A stretch of DNA of 45,262 bases from Rhodospirillales bacterium (GCA_003252195.1 QKFK01000194.1:1-45262), one strand, 5' to 3'; positions 16,333 to 27,555 are shown, counted from the first letter of the stretch. Numbers and translations: made by a program. The notes: generated by a model from the letters alone, not told the origin.

Positions 16333-16468
16333 GGTACCTGCATAACGCACGTAGCAATGCGGCCTTAAGTATTTTAAATGGTTTAAGATGCTTAAACGGT
16401 CGATCCGGTGTTGATTTTCAACTCGTAAGCTACGGAGGTTTAACCGGAAAATAAAAGGTATATAAAAT

Positions 16469-17245
16469 ATGTCACTTACATTTACTATGCGCCAAATGGT
16501 AGAAGCCGGCGTACACTATGGTCACCACGCTCGTCGTTGGAATCCTAAAATGGGTCAATATTTGTACGGTAAAAAAGATAGCGTACACATTATCGATCTT
16601 CGTCAATCAGTTCCTATGTTTTATCAAGCTCTTAATGCTGTGCGTGATGTTGCAGCTCAAGGCGGTAAAGTTTTGTTCGTTGGAACTAAGCGTCAAGCTC
16701 AAGATCCGATTCGTGAAGCAGCAGAACGTTGCGGTCAATATTATGTAAACTACCGTTGGTTAGGTGGTATGCTTACTAACTGGAAGACTGTTTCTAAGTC
16801 AATCAAACATCTTAAAGATATTACAGAGATGTCAGATAAAAATGACTTTACTGGCTACACAAAGAAAGAAATTCTCAACCTTAAACGTGAGAAAATCAAA
16901 TTAGATCAAGCTATCGGTGGTATTCAAGATATGAATGGTCAACCAGACATTATCTTCATTATCGATACAACTAAAGAAAGCTTGGCAATTAAAGAAGCTA
17001 AAAAGCTTGGTGTTCCTGTTGTTGCTATTTGCGACAGTAACTCTGATCCTGATGAAATCGATTTCCCAGTTCCTGGTAATGACGATGCTATCAGAGCTAT
17101 CAAATTCTATTGTGATTATGTTTCAGGTGCTGTTCTTGACGGTATCAAAGCAGAAATGACAGCTGCTGGCGTTGACGTTGGTGCTGCTGAAGCTGCTCCA
17201 GAAACTGACGTAGATGTTGATGATGAAACATCAGAAGAAGCTTAA
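16469..17245 (+). CDS. rpsB: 30S ribosomal protein S2
   Basis: [22 protein letters not shown]... is a canonical S2 N-terminus. The acidic C-terminal tail is also typical. Confidence 0.97.
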   Translation: MSLTFTMRQMVEAGVHYGHHARRWNPKMGQYLYGKKDSVHIIDLRQSVPMFYQALNAVRDVAAQGGKVLFVGTKRQAQDPIREAAERCGQYYVNYRWLGGMLTNWKTVSKSIKHLKDITEMSDKNDFTGYTKKEILNLKREKIKLDQAIGGIQDMNGQPDIIFIIDTTKESLAIKEAKKLGVPVVAICDSNSDPDEIDFPVPGNDDAIRAIKFYCDYVSGAVLDGIKAEMTAAGVDVGAAEAAPETDVDVDDETSEEA

Positions 17246-17284
17246 GACTTTTAGAAATTTAAGCGTAAGCATATGAAATAGGGT

Positions 17285-17312
17285 CGGCTTCTGATAAAAA
17301 TTTCGGAAGCCG
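17285..17312 (+). terminator. Intercistronic hairpin between rpsB and tsf (possible attenuator)
   Basis: The stem pairs cggcttctga (17285-17294) with tcggaagccg (17303-17312), including one G-U pair, around an 8-nt loop. Only a weak T-rich tail follows. Confidence 0.3.
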
Positions 17313-17358
17313 TCCGTTTATAAGTTTAACTAGCAAATCTCCCCGAAAGGACAAAAAA

Positions 17359-18285
17359 ATGGCAGAAATTACAGCCGCTATGGTTAAAGAATTGAGAGAA
17401 ACAACTGGCGCAGGTATGCTTGATTGTAAAAAAGCTCTCTCAGAAAGCAACGGTGTTATTGAAGATGCTGTTGATTGGCTCAGAAAAAAAGGTTTAGCCG
17501 CAGCTGCAAAAAAATCAGGTCGTATTGCTTCTGAAGGTTTGGTGGGTATGGTTGTTGGCGGCACTAAAGGTGCTGTTGTTGAAATCAACTCAGAGACAGA
17601 CTTCGTTTCAAGAAACGACACATTTCAAAATTTCGTAAATAATGTTGCTGATGTTGCTCTTAATGTTGAAGGCGATGTTGAAGAACTTAAAAGTGCTTCT
17701 TACCCTGGTGCAGATAAAAGTGTTTCAGAACAACTTACAGATATGATTGCAAAAATTGGTGAAAACATGAACATTCGCCGTTCAGCACAAGTTAAAGTTA
17801 ACAAAGGTGTTGTTGCTTCTTATATGCACAATGCTGTTACACCTAACCTTGGTAAAATTGCTGTTCTCGTTGGTTTAGAATCAGAAGCTCCTGCTGAAAA
17901 ATTGAACGAACTTGGTAAGCACATTGCTATGCATATTGCTGCTTCTAACCCACTTTTCTTGAATGTTGCTGATGTTGATACAGCTTCTTTAGATAGAGAA
18001 CGTGATGTTTTGGTTGCTCAAGCAAAAGCATCTGGCAAACCAGAAAACATTATTGAGAAAATGGTAGAAGGCCGTATTCGTAAATATTACGAAGAAGTTG
18101 TTCTTACAGAGCAAGCTTACATTCTTGATCCAGATAAAAAAGTTGGAAAAATCATTGAAGAAGCTAAAAAAGAACTCGGTTCAGAAGTTAAACTTAACTC
18201 ATACGTACGTATCGCTCTTGGCGAAGGCGTTGAGAAGAAAGAAGAAGACTTCGCAGCTGAAGTTGCAGCTCAAGTTAATAAATAA
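17359..18285 (+). CDS. tsf: Elongation factor Ts
   Basis: [27 protein letters not shown]... is the UBA-like N-terminus typical of EF-Ts. 308 aa. Confidence 0.97.
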   Translation: MAEITAAMVKELRETTGAGMLDCKKALSESNGVIEDAVDWLRKKGLAAAAKKSGRIASEGLVGMVVGGTKGAVVEINSETDFVSRNDTFQNFVNNVADVALNVEGDVEELKSASYPGADKSVSEQLTDMIAKIGENMNIRRSAQVKVNKGVVASYMHNAVTPNLGKIAVLVGLESEAPAEKLNELGKHIAMHIAASNPLFLNVADVDTASLDRERDVLVAQAKASGKPENIIEKMVEGRIRKYYEEVVLTEQAYILDPDKKVGKIIEEAKKELGSEVKLNSYVRIALGEGVEKKEEDFAAEVAAQVNK

Positions 18286-18308
18286 TCTGCTTTATTAACA
18301 GATTTAAG

Positions 18309-18349
18309 ATAGCGACACAAAATTAGTTTGTTTGTGTCGCTATTTTTTT
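18309..18349 (+). terminator. Rho-independent terminator after tsf
   Basis: A 13-bp perfect stem pairs atagcgacacaaa (18309-18321) with tttgtgtcgctat (18331-18343), followed by T7. Confidence 0.85.
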
Positions 18350-18407
18350 GTATAAATGCATAGAATTGAAGCTTTTATATTTAAAACTGATCAGGAGATG
18401 ATGTGTA

Positions 18408-19124
18408 ATGTCTGAAACACCTAAGTATAAGAGAATATTGCTTAAATTGTCAGGCGAAGGCTTGATGGGCAATAAGGACTTTGGGATTGATCCAGATACT
18501 TTATCAAAAGTAGCAGATGATTTAGCTGAATTAACTAGCAAAGGGATAGAAGTTGCTGTTGTTGTTGGTGGTGGTAATATCTTTAGGGGTGTTTCTGGTT
18601 CTGCTCAAGGCATGAACCGTGTTAGCGCTGATTATATGGGTATGCTTGCTACAATGATGAACGGTTTGGCTCTTCAAGACGCGCTAGAAAAAAAGAATGT
18701 TCCTGCAAGAGTGATGTCTGGTTTAGCTGTTCCTACAGTTTGTGAGCCTTTTATGCAAAGAAAGGCTGTGCATCATTTAGCTAAGGGTAGAGTGGTTGTT
18801 TTTGTTGCTGGAACTGGTTGCCCATTCTTCACAACAGACACAGGTTCAGCCCTTCGTGCGGTTGAAATTGGTGCTGATGCGATGCTTAAAGCAACTCAAG
18901 TTGATGGCGTGTATTCTGCTGATCCTAAAAAAGATAAAAATGCAACTCGTTATGATAAGCTTTCTTATCAAGAAGTGATATCTAAAGACTTAAAGGTTAT
19001 GGATACTGCTGCAGTTGCTTTAGCTAAAGAAAATAAATTACCTGTTGTCGTCTTTTCTTTGCATGAAGAGAAATCTTTGGTTAATGTAGTGTTCGGCAAA
19101 GGTAAATTTACAGAAGTTATATAA
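18408..19124 (+). CDS. pyrH: UMP kinase
   Basis: [13 protein letters not shown]...[11 protein letters not shown]...[11 protein letters not shown] matches UMP kinase. Confidence 0.96.
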   Translation: MSETPKYKRILLKLSGEGLMGNKDFGIDPDTLSKVADDLAELTSKGIEVAVVVGGGNIFRGVSGSAQGMNRVSADYMGMLATMMNGLALQDALEKKNVPARVMSGLAVPTVCEPFMQRKAVHHLAKGRVVVFVAGTGCPFFTTDTGSALRAVEIGADAMLKATQVDGVYSADPKKDKNATRYDKLSYQEVISKDLKVMDTAAVALAKENKLPVVVFSLHEEKSLVNVVFGKGKFTEVI

Positions 19125-19140
19125 GAAAGGGTTTATAAAA

Positions 19141-19704
19141 ATGGCTGGTTATCAGGACATTAAAAAAGATGTTCAATATAGAATGGATAAAGCTGTAGAG
19201 GTTTTGAAACAAGAATATTCTGGTCTTAGAGCTGGTAGAGCTCATACTGGTTTGTTAGATGGTATAACTGTTGAAGCTTACGGTTCTCCAGTTCCTCTTG
19301 CTCAAGTTGGCACAATCGGTATTCCTGACCCACGTACAATTTCTGTGCAAGTGTGGGATAGAAGCATGATTAAAGCAGTTGAAAAGGCAATCATGGAATC
19401 TTCACTTGGTTTGAACCCAATGTCAGAAGGTCAATTAATTAGAATCCCAGTTCCTCCTCTTAGCCAAGAGCGTCGTGAAGAATTGGCAAAAGTAGCTTCT
19501 AAATATGCTGAACAAGCTAAAATTGCAGTGCGTAATGTGCGTAGAGATGGAATGGATGCTGTTAAAAAATTACAGAAAGACGGCGAAATTTCAGAAGATG
19601 ATCAAAGAAAGCATGAAGGTGAAATTCAAAAGTTTACAGATGATGCTGTAAAGAAAATTGATGAAGCACTTGTTGCAAAAGAAAAAGACATTAAGCAGGT
19701 CTAA
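19141..19704 (+). CDS. frr: Ribosome recycling factor
   Basis: 187 aa with [21 protein letters not shown] and [14 protein letters not shown]. Confidence 0.96.
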   Translation: MAGYQDIKKDVQYRMDKAVEVLKQEYSGLRAGRAHTGLLDGITVEAYGSPVPLAQVGTIGIPDPRTISVQVWDRSMIKAVEKAIMESSLGLNPMSEGQLIRIPVPPLSQERREELAKVASKYAEQAKIAVRNVRRDGMDAVKKLQKDGEISEDDQRKHEGEIQKFTDDAVKKIDEALVAKEKDIKQV

Positions 19705-19722
19705 AATCTTAGGAGCCAGCTT

Positions 19723-20451
19723 TTGAGTAAAACCGAACAAGAAACATCTGTCCAACCAAGGCATATCGCCTTGGTTATGGATGGAAATGGCAGGTGGGCG
19801 CAAAAAAGAAAATTGCCTCGTACTGCTGGACATAAGGAAGGTGTTAAAACTGTTGAACGGGTAACCGAAGCAGCTATAAAGCACAATATTCCTTATATTA
19901 CTTTGTTTGGTTTTTCATCAGAAAATTGGCAAAGACCAGAGGAAGAAGTTTCCGTATTGATGGGGCTTCTTAAATATTATCTAGAAAATGAGCTTTCTAA
20001 ACTAAATAAGAACGGAGTTAGAATCCGATTTGTTGGTGATTTAGAAAGATTGGGTGATGAACTTATTGCCCTTATCAATAAAGCCGAAGAATCTACTAAA
20101 GATAATGAAAAGCTAAATCTAACTATCGCTTTGAGCTATGGTTCTAGGCAAGAGATTATTAGTGCTTGTCAGAAAATTGCTCAAGATTATAAAGATAGTA
20201 AAATATCTTTGAGTGATATAGATGTTACTCGTTTTTCGTCTAGTCTTTATACTGAAGATATTCCAGACCCAGATTTGTTGATTAGAACTAGCGGAGAGCT
20301 TAGAATAAGCAATTTCTTGTTATGGCAATTAGCATATTCTGAGTTGTATTTTACCGATACCTTATGGCCAGATTTTAGTGAAGAAGATTTCCTTAAAGCT
20401 ATAAATGAATATAAAAATAGAGATAGAAGATACGGAAAAGTTAAGAAATAA
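19723..20451 (+). CDS. uppS: Di-trans,poly-cis-undecaprenyl-diphosphate synthase
   Basis: HIALVMDGNGRWA...FSSENWQRP...RTSGELRISNFLLWQLAYSEL. The start is TTG, with AGGAG (19711-19715) 7 nt upstream. Confidence 0.95.
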   Translation: MSKTEQETSVQPRHIALVMDGNGRWAQKRKLPRTAGHKEGVKTVERVTEAAIKHNIPYITLFGFSSENWQRPEEEVSVLMGLLKYYLENELSKLNKNGVRIRFVGDLERLGDELIALINKAEESTKDNEKLNLTIALSYGSRQEIISACQKIAQDYKDSKISLSDIDVTRFSSSLYTEDIPDPDLLIRTSGELRISNFLLWQLAYSELYFTDTLWPDFSEEDFLKAINEYKNRDRRYGKVKK

Positions 20452-20471
20452 AAAGAAAGGTTGTTACCAGT

Positions 20472-21266
20472 ATGAAAAATAGATTTTTGTCATCATGCAT
20501 TATGATTCCATTGCCTTTGCTTGCGGCTTTTTATGGGCATCCATACTGGCAGATAACTGCAATTCTAATTGCCTGTGTGATGGCTTGGGAGTGGGAAAGA
20601 ATTGTTACTGGTAAAACAGATATTTTTTCAACGGCAATAGTTCTATGTGCTGCTTTTACATCATTTTTTATACATGAATACGGTAGAATTTTGCTGGGTG
20701 TTCCTGTGGTTGCAGTGTTTTCTTTATTCGTTTACCTTAAGGCAAAACAAAAAGAGATTAAAAACCCTAAAATTTTAACTATTGGTGTGCCTTATGTTGT
20801 AATTGGTGTGGAATCTATGATTCTTATACAAGAAGCTTTCGGCCCATCAATGATTTATTGGTTGTTTGCTATAGTTTGGGGAATGGATATTGGTGGTTAT
20901 ATCTTTGGTTGCTCAATAGGTGGTCCAAAGCTAGCCCCAAAACTTAGCCCTAAAAAAACATGGGCAGGTTTAATAGGTGGTATGTTTAGCGCTTCTTTGT
21001 TAAGTATTTTGTTCTTTTTTGCAACCAGTAAAACAGCCCTAGACGCTAAATACATTATCTATGTTATAATTTTTAGCTCAATTATGGCTTTTGTTTCTCA
21101 GATTGGTGATTTGTTTGAATCTGGAATTAAAAGAAAATTTGAGGTTAAAGACTCAAGTGATTTAATCCCTGGTCATGGTGGTGTGCTTGATAGAGTTGAT
21201 GGTTTGATTTTTGCAGCTCCTGCATTTTTGATATCATTAAAATTATTTATAAAATACCTATTCTAA
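20472..21266 (+). CDS. cdsA: Phosphatidate cytidylyltransferase
   Basis: A polytopic membrane protein with the CdsA signature SQIGDLFESGIKRKFEVKDSSDLIPGHGGVLDRVDGL. Confidence 0.94.
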   Translation: MKNRFLSSCIMIPLPLLAAFYGHPYWQITAILIACVMAWEWERIVTGKTDIFSTAIVLCAAFTSFFIHEYGRILLGVPVVAVFSLFVYLKAKQKEIKNPKILTIGVPYVVIGVESMILIQEAFGPSMIYWLFAIVWGMDIGGYIFGCSIGGPKLAPKLSPKKTWAGLIGGMFSASLLSILFFFATSKTALDAKYIIYVIIFSSIMAFVSQIGDLFESGIKRKFEVKDSSDLIPGHGGVLDRVDGLIFAAPAFLISLKLFIKYLF

Positions 21267-21278
21267 AAGGTTGGGATT

Positions 21279-22433
21279 ATGTCTTTAAGCAAAACGGTAA
21301 CTATATTTGGTTCAACAGGTTCTATTGGTAAAAGTACAGTAGATATTCTTGAGCGCAATCCAGAGTTATATAAAGTTAAAGCTCTAACCGCAAATGCGAA
21401 TGTGGAGTTGCTGGCTGAACAAGCAAAAAAGCTGAATGTAGAGCTTGCTGTTACTGCGGATGAAACAAAATATGATGAATTAAAACAGCTTTTGTCTGGA
21501 ACAAATATAAGTGTTGCAGCAGGGCGTAAGGCGGTTATTGAAGCTGCGGAGCTTGACGCTGATTGGACTATGTCTTCAATTGTTGGTGCCGCTGGTTTAG
21601 AGCCAACTATGGCCGCAATTAAAAAAGGCAAAACCGTTGCTCTTGCAAATAAAGAAACTCTTGTTTGTGCAGGTAGTCTAGTTATGCAAGCAGTTAAAGA
21701 TTGTAAGGCAACTTTAATACCAGTTGATTCAGAGCACAGCGCTATTTTTCAAGTGTTTGATTTTGAGCAAATAGATCAAATTGATAGAATTTTGCTAACA
21801 GCATCGGGTGGTCCATTCAGAGAAAAAGATATTTCTTTTATGGAAAAAGCAACACCAGAGCAAGCTGTGGCTCACCCTAATTGGAGCATGGGGGCTAAAA
21901 TTTCTGTTGATTCAGCTTCTATGATGAATAAGGGTTTAGAGCTAATTGAGGCCTATCACCTCTTTGGTTTGCCTCAAGAGCAAATAGAGATAGTTGTACA
22001 TCCTCAATCAGTTATTCATAGTGCTGTAGCATATAAAGATGGCTCAGTTTTAGCTCAGCTAGGTTCTCCAGATATGAGAACACCAATTGCATATGCTTTA
22101 GGTTGGCCAAAAAGGATAGAGGCTCCATCACCAAAGCTAGATTTAATTAAGTTTGGTTCGTTAACGTTTATTGCACCAGATGAGGTTAAATTTCCTGCAT
22201 TAAGACTTGCAAGAGAAGCATTAAAAGAAGGTGGTGTTATGACGGCAATTATGAATGCAGCGAATGAGGTGGCTGTTGATAATTTCCTTAAAAAACGCAT
22301 TGCTTTTACAGATATTGCAAAAGTAGTTGAAAAAGTGATGAATAAATCACAAAATCATACGGCTGGAACTATAGAAGAAATTATAAATATTGATGCGCAG
22401 GCTCGTAAGTCTGCTAATGATATAATAGCTTAA
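21279..22433 (+). CDS. dxr: 1-deoxy-D-xylulose-5-phosphate reductoisomerase
   Basis: VTIFGSTGSIGKSTVDIL...LANKETLV...PVDSEHSAIFQ...ILLTASGGPFR...HPNWSMG. Confidence 0.96.
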   Translation: MSLSKTVTIFGSTGSIGKSTVDILERNPELYKVKALTANANVELLAEQAKKLNVELAVTADETKYDELKQLLSGTNISVAAGRKAVIEAAELDADWTMSSIVGAAGLEPTMAAIKKGKTVALANKETLVCAGSLVMQAVKDCKATLIPVDSEHSAIFQVFDFEQIDQIDRILLTASGGPFREKDISFMEKATPEQAVAHPNWSMGAKISVDSASMMNKGLELIEAYHLFGLPQEQIEIVVHPQSVIHSAVAYKDGSVLAQLGSPDMRTPIAYALGWPKRIEAPSPKLDLIKFGSLTFIAPDEVKFPALRLAREALKEGGVMTAIMNAANEVAVDNFLKKRIAFTDIAKVVEKVMNKSQNHTAGTIEEIINIDAQARKSANDIIA

Positions 22434-22447
22434 TAAAGAGGAAGTTT

Positions 22448-23581
22448 ATGGATTATTTGGTGTCGACAGTTAGTTATATTTTCCCATTTTTGATTGTTTT
22501 GGGAATAGTGGTGTTTATCCATGAGTTTGGGCATTATATTGTTGCCAAAATGTGTAAAGTTAAGGTGGAAGAGTTCTCTATCGGTTTTGGTAAAGAAATT
22601 TGGGGCTTTAACGATAAATCTGGTACAAGATGGAAAATATCACTTATTCCACTTGGTGGATTTGTTAAAATGTATGGCGATGCTAACGAAGCATCTGCAA
22701 AACCAGATGAGAAAGTTGAAGAATTATCTGATGAAGAGAAAAAGTTTACCTTCCATTACCAACCTAAATATAAAAAAATTCCAATTATATTTGCAGGACC
22801 TTTAGCTAATTATATTTTTTCTGTTCTAGTTATTTGGGGCATTTTTGCCTTTGTTGGCAAGATAGTTATTCCTCCTGTAGTTGGTGATGTTATTGCTAAT
22901 ACTGCAGCATCTGAAGCTGGTATGCAAAAGGGAGATAGAATCCTTTCAATTAATGGTAAGAATATTGAAAGCTTTATCGATATCCAAAGAATAGTTTCTT
23001 CTGCATATGAAGGAAATGTTGAGCTCCAAGTTAAACGCGGTGAAAGCCTAGTTGATTTGTCTGTCAAACCTCGCGTGGTAGAAGAAAAAGATAAATACGG
23101 TAACGTTTCTCGCAAAGTTTTGTTGGGGGTTATCTCTGTTCAGAAGACAGATGTGTTAGCTACAAATCTTGGTGCTAAAGAGGCTTTTACAAGCGCGGTT
23201 AAAGAGGTGTATGATACTACCGAAAACACTCTTTTGGCGGTGTGGCAGATGATAAAAGGCGTGCGTTCAGCTGATGAGCTGGGAGGTCCAATCCGCATTG
23301 CAGAAGTTTCTGGTGAAATTGCGAATAGTGAGGGTGGATCTATAGACTTTTTATTCTTTATTGCAATTTTATCGGTTAATCTTGGTTTGATTAATTTGTT
23401 GCCAATACCTTTGCTTGATGGTGGACAGATTGTGTTTTATACTATCGAGGCAATTATAAGAAAGCCAATTGGCGATAAGGCTCAAGATATATTCGCAAGA
23501 ATTGGTTATGCTTTTATTATTACTTTAATGGTGTTTGCTACTTGGAATGATATTACCCGCCTATTTAGAAGGTGGTTTTAA
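22448..23581 (+). CDS. rseP: RIP zinc metalloprotease RseP (site-2 protease, M50)
   Basis: It has the HEFGHY motif in TM1, a PDZ segment (GMQKGDRILSINGK), and a C-terminal NLLPIPLLDGG. Confidence 0.93.
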   Translation: MDYLVSTVSYIFPFLIVLGIVVFIHEFGHYIVAKMCKVKVEEFSIGFGKEIWGFNDKSGTRWKISLIPLGGFVKMYGDANEASAKPDEKVEELSDEEKKFTFHYQPKYKKIPIIFAGPLANYIFSVLVIWGIFAFVGKIVIPPVVGDVIANTAASEAGMQKGDRILSINGKNIESFIDIQRIVSSAYEGNVELQVKRGESLVDLSVKPRVVEEKDKYGNVSRKVLLGVISVQKTDVLATNLGAKEAFTSAVKEVYDTTENTLLAVWQMIKGVRSADELGGPIRIAEVSGEIANSEGGSIDFLFFIAILSVNLGLINLLPIPLLDGGQIVFYTIEAIIRKPIGDKAQDIFARIGYAFIITLMVFATWNDITRLFRRWF

Positions 23582-23605
23582 CTCTAACTTTGGTTTTATT
23601 AAACA

Positions 23606-25876
23606 ATGAAAAAAAATATTTTACTCACATTATTTCTAGCTGTATTTGCTGTGGCAAATGCTTCAAACGCATTATCAGCAGAGAAGATTAATAAAATCAT
23701 TGTTGATGGGAACCAAAGAATTGAGACTGATACAATTCTTTCTTATATGTATGTTAATGCTGGTGATGATTTTAATGCAGAAACAAGTGACCGTTCATTA
23801 AAAAGATTATTTGAAACGGGCTTTTTTACAGATGTTTATTTTGAAAAATCTCAAGATAATTTGATTGTACATGTGCTTGAGAACCCAATTATTAACCGTC
23901 GTTTCTTTGAGGGTAATAACCGCGTTGAAGATAAAATTCTAGAGGGCGAAGTTATATTAAAGCCTCGTGCTATTTATACTCGTAGCAAAGTTCAAGAAGA
24001 CGTTAGCCGAATTATAGATATATATAAGCAGATGGGGCGTTTCTCAGTTAAGGTTGAGCCTAAGGTTATTCAAAGACCTCAAAATCGTGTTGATATTATT
24101 TATGAAATAGATGAGGGGGAAACTACCTATATTCGTAAAATCAACTTTATTGGAAATAAGCATTTCTCACCTTCTGATTTAAAAGATATTTTGATGAGTA
24201 AAGAAGAAAGATGGTATCACTTCCTTTCTTCTAACGAGACATATGATGCTCAGCGCCTTGATTATGACAAAGAAATGCTAAGACGTTTTTATTTGAAAAA
24301 TGGCTATGCTGACTTTGAGGTTAAATCAGCTATTGCAGAAATCACACCAGAAAAAGATGCTTTCTTTATTACTATAAGCATTAATGAGGGTGAAAAATAT
24401 AAATTTGCTAAAGCTAGTGTGGTTCCTCAGATTGAAGATTTAAAAAACACAGACTTTTCATCTTATATAACCTTTGCAGAAGGTGATACTTATAATGCAG
24501 ATAAGGTTGAAAGTTCTATTCAGAAAATTACAGATTACATTGGAACATTAGGTTATGCCTTTGTTGATGTTTATCCTGATGTAGATAAAGACGAGCAAAA
24601 ACGCACAATAGCTATTACTTTTAAGATAAAGGAAAGTGAAAAAGTTTATGTTAATCGCATAAACATTAATGGTAATGTGCGCACTATGGACAAAGTTGTA
24701 CGCCGTGAGATGAGAATATCTGAAGGTGATGCTTTTAATGCCGCAAAGATTCGTAAAAGTCGTCAAGATGTTCAAGATTTAGGCTTCTTTGAAAAGGTAG
24801 ATATTAAACCACAAAGAGTGGTTGGTGAACCTGATAAAACGGACGTTAATGTTGAGCTAGAAGAAAAATCTACGGGAAGCTTGTCAATTGGTGCTGGTTG
24901 GTCTACTCAAGATGGAGCATTGTTGCAATCATCTATACAAGAACGTAACTTGTTAGGTAAGGGACAAACGCTTACATTAAGCGGAACTTTAGCTACTAAA
25001 AAGAGTGACTTTGATATTGGTTTTGTTGAACCATATTTCTTAGATAGAAAAGTAAAAGCTGGGGCTAATTTGTTTGTAACTTCACGCGATTGGCAAGATG
25101 AAAGCTCATATGATTTAGATTCAAAAGGTTTTTCTGTGCATGGTACGTGGGACTATGGTGAAGAGCTTTCTCACAAACTAAGCTATACATTAAAGCAAGA
25201 TAAAATCTCTAACGTAGATGATGATGCTTCTACTTATATTAAAGAACAAGAAGGAGAAAGTGTTCTTTCTTCTATTGGAAATGACTTCTCATACGATAAG
25301 AGAAACAGCAAGCTTAATCCAAGTGAAGGTTATTTGCTTACATTGGGTGTCGATTTAGCTGGCTTTGGTGGTGATGCAAAATTTGTTAGAACCGATGTTC
25401 ATGGAACAAAATATTACCCCGTAGCCGATGATACAGTGTTAAAACTTCATGCTGGTGGTGGATATATTGTCGGTATTGGTGATGATGTTGGTATCGCGTA
25501 TCGTTATAACTTGGGTGGTAATTCACTTAGAGGCTTTGAGAAGAGTGGTATATCTCCTCGTGATAACACAACTCAAGACTCAATTGGTGGTAACTGGATT
25601 TTATACGGTGGAAGTGAGTTGACATTCCCCATCGGCTTCCCTGATGAATTGGGTGTGAGTTCTAAGTTGTTTGTTGATGTAGGTATGATTGGTGAGCCAG
25701 ATAATATGGATGCAACTAAGGTTGAATCTTCTACAAAACCAAGATTATCTATTGGTACAGGTTTGTTGTGGAAGTCTCCAATGGGACCAATTAATATTGA
25801 TGTAGCCTTCCCAATTATTAAAGAAGACTTTGATAAAGACGAAGTTCTTAGTGTGAACTTTGGTACAAAATTCTAG
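23606..25876 (+). CDS. bamA: Outer-membrane protein assembly factor BamA
   Basis: 756 aa. A signal peptide and repeated POTRA segments (I..I.V.GN.R...) are followed by a C-terminal Omp85 barrel ending ...VNFGTKF. Confidence 0.95.
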   Translation: MKKNILLTLFLAVFAVANASNALSAEKINKIIVDGNQRIETDTILSYMYVNAGDDFNAETSDRSLKRLFETGFFTDVYFEKSQDNLIVHVLENPIINRRFFEGNNRVEDKILEGEVILKPRAIYTRSKVQEDVSRIIDIYKQMGRFSVKVEPKVIQRPQNRVDIIYEIDEGETTYIRKINFIGNKHFSPSDLKDILMSKEERWYHFLSSNETYDAQRLDYDKEMLRRFYLKNGYADFEVKSAIAEITPEKDAFFITISINEGEKYKFAKASVVPQIEDLKNTDFSSYITFAEGDTYNADKVESSIQKITDYIGTLGYAFVDVYPDVDKDEQKRTIAITFKIKESEKVYVNRININGNVRTMDKVVRREMRISEGDAFNAAKIRKSRQDVQDLGFFEKVDIKPQRVVGEPDKTDVNVELEEKSTGSLSIGAGWSTQDGALLQSSIQERNLLGKGQTLTLSGTLATKKSDFDIGFVEPYFLDRKVKAGANLFVTSRDWQDESSYDLDSKGFSVHGTWDYGEELSHKLSYTLKQDKISNVDDDASTYIKEQEGESVLSSIGNDFSYDKRNSKLNPSEGYLLTLGVDLAGFGGDAKFVRTDVHGTKYYPVADDTVLKLHAGGGYIVGIGDDVGIAYRYNLGGNSLRGFEKSGISPRDNTTQDSIGGNWILYGGSELTFPIGFPDELGVSSKLFVDVGMIGEPDNMDATKVESSTKPRLSIGTGLLWKSPMGPINIDVAFPIIKEDFDKDEVLSVNFGTKF

Positions 25877-25897
25877 TTTGTTTAGGAGTTTTATATA

Positions 25898-26482
25898 ATG
25901 AATAAGCTTAATAAATTTATGTTGGTTCTAGCGGTAGTAATGCTTGGGGCATTTTCTAACCAAGCTAATGCTCAAGAAAAAGCTGCCCCAATTTCTACAG
26001 ATATTCCCCCTGCAATTGTGGGCGTTATAGATTTTGTGCAAATTGAAAAAGAAGCAACAATTTATCAAAGTTATATCAAACAAAAAATCGCAGAAGATAC
26101 CAAGCTAAAAGCTCGCAAAAAAGCAATGGAAACAGAGCTTAATAAAAAGGGTGAAGAAATAGAGAAGCAAAAGAACCTCGTTTCTAAAGAGGCTTTTGAT
26201 AAAATGGTTGGTGAATATAAAGCTCTAGCAAAAAAATATGATTTAGAGTTAAGGGGCAAGACAGAAGCTTATTTAAAAGCTATAGAAGCTTCTATAATTA
26301 CATTAAATAGGGCAACGCTATCTGCAACAGAAGAGATTTCTTCTAGTAAAAATATTAATTTAGTTTTGCCACGCAAAAGCACGGTGTTTTTCTTGCCTGC
26401 TATGAATATTACAGATGATGTAATTGCCATTATGAATAAGAAATCAACTAAAATTACATTTAATCCAGAAGCTAAAAAATAA
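25898..26482 (+). CDS. skp: OmpH/Skp-family periplasmic chaperone
   Basis: 194 aa with a signal peptide (..ANAQE) and a long Lys/Glu-rich helical region. It occupies the conserved position between bamA and lpxD. Confidence 0.8.
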   Translation: MNKLNKFMLVLAVVMLGAFSNQANAQEKAAPISTDIPPAIVGVIDFVQIEKEATIYQSYIKQKIAEDTKLKARKKAMETELNKKGEEIEKQKNLVSKEAFDKMVGEYKALAKKYDLELRGKTEAYLKAIEASIITLNRATLSATEEISSSKNINLVLPRKSTVFFLPAMNITDDVIAIMNKKSTKITFNPEAKK

Positions 26483-26497
26483 TCATTAGGAGTTGTT

Positions 26498-27520
26498 ATG
26501 GCTGATAATAGATTCTTCAAATTAAGCGGACCATTTAAATTAGGCAAATTAGCAACTGAGTTTGGTTGCGTTGTAGCTAATGAACATAAAGATAAAATTA
26601 TAAAAGATGTATCTTCTATTGAGGCCGCAAAAGCTGATGAAATTTGTTATTTTGAAGATAAAAAACTTTTAGCAAAATTGCAAGAAACTAAGGCTGGTGC
26701 TTGTATTATCTCAGAAGATTTTAAAGAGCAAGTTCCAAGCGGAGTGGCGGTTCTTTTTTCAAAGCAACCTCAATTAACATTTGCTCTGATCGCTCAAAAG
26801 TTTTATCCGCAAGATAAAGCATCTGCTACTCACATATCAGATAAAGCATCAATTCACCCAAGTGCTAAGATTGGTGAAAATTGTGTGATTGAAGATAATG
26901 TAATCATCTCTGAAAATGTAGAAATTGGTTCTCATACAATTATTAGAGCTAATTCAGTGATTGATAAAGGTGTTGTGATAGGTTCTGATTGTCACATTTG
27001 GCCACAAGTTTATGTCGGTTATTGCATTATGGGTAATAACGTAGTTATTTTCCCTGGTGCTAGCATTGGTAGAGATGGTTTTGGTTTTGTAATGTCTCCT
27101 TCTGGGCATGTTAGAATTCCTCAATTAGGCAGAGTTATGATTGGTAACGATGTTCACGTTGGGGCTAATTCATGTATTGATAGGGGAGCTTCTGGTGATA
27201 CGATTATTAGTGATGGTGTTAGAATAGATAATCTCGTGCAAATTGCTCATAATGTTAAGCTTGGAAGAGGATGTGTAATCGTAGCTCAGGTTGGTATAGC
27301 TGGTAGCTCGGTTTTTGGTAATTTTGTTGCCGCTGGTGGTCAGGCAGGTATTGCTGACCATATTAATGTTGCAGATGGGGTGCAAATCGCAGCTCAATCT
27401 GGCGTAATAAAAGATATTCCAGCGGGCGAAGTGGTGATGGGAACACCTGCTGTGCCTATTAAGCAATTTATGAGGCAAGCGACTTATTTGCAAAAGCAAG
27501 TAAGCCCAAAGAAGAAATAA
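26498..27520 (+). CDS. lpxD: UDP-3-O-acylglucosamine N-acyltransferase
   Basis: 340 aa. A uridine-binding N-terminal domain is followed by hexapeptide repeats (left-handed beta-helix). Its position is syntenic. Confidence 0.93.
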   Translation: MADNRFFKLSGPFKLGKLATEFGCVVANEHKDKIIKDVSSIEAAKADEICYFEDKKLLAKLQETKAGACIISEDFKEQVPSGVAVLFSKQPQLTFALIAQKFYPQDKASATHISDKASIHPSAKIGENCVIEDNVIISENVEIGSHTIIRANSVIDKGVVIGSDCHIWPQVYVGYCIMGNNVVIFPGASIGRDGFGFVMSPSGHVRIPQLGRVMIGNDVHVGANSCIDRGASGDTIISDGVRIDNLVQIAHNVKLGRGCVIVAQVGIAGSSVFGNFVAAGGQAGIADHINVADGVQIAAQSGVIKDIPAGEVVMGTPAVPIKQFMRQATYLQKQVSPKKK

Positions 27521-27555
27521 AATTTTTAACTTAAACAAACTAGAGGTCTAAATAA

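Noticed and set aside
17259-17621. 120-aa minus-strand ORF overlapping the rpsB-tsf spacer and the tsf 5' end
   Set aside because: It is antisense to canonical EF-Ts, has no RBS, and its composition is typical of a shadow ORF.
21263-21631. 122-aa minus-strand ORF across the cdsA/dxr junction
   Set aside because: It is antisense to dxr, which has unmistakable motifs. It is a shadow frame.
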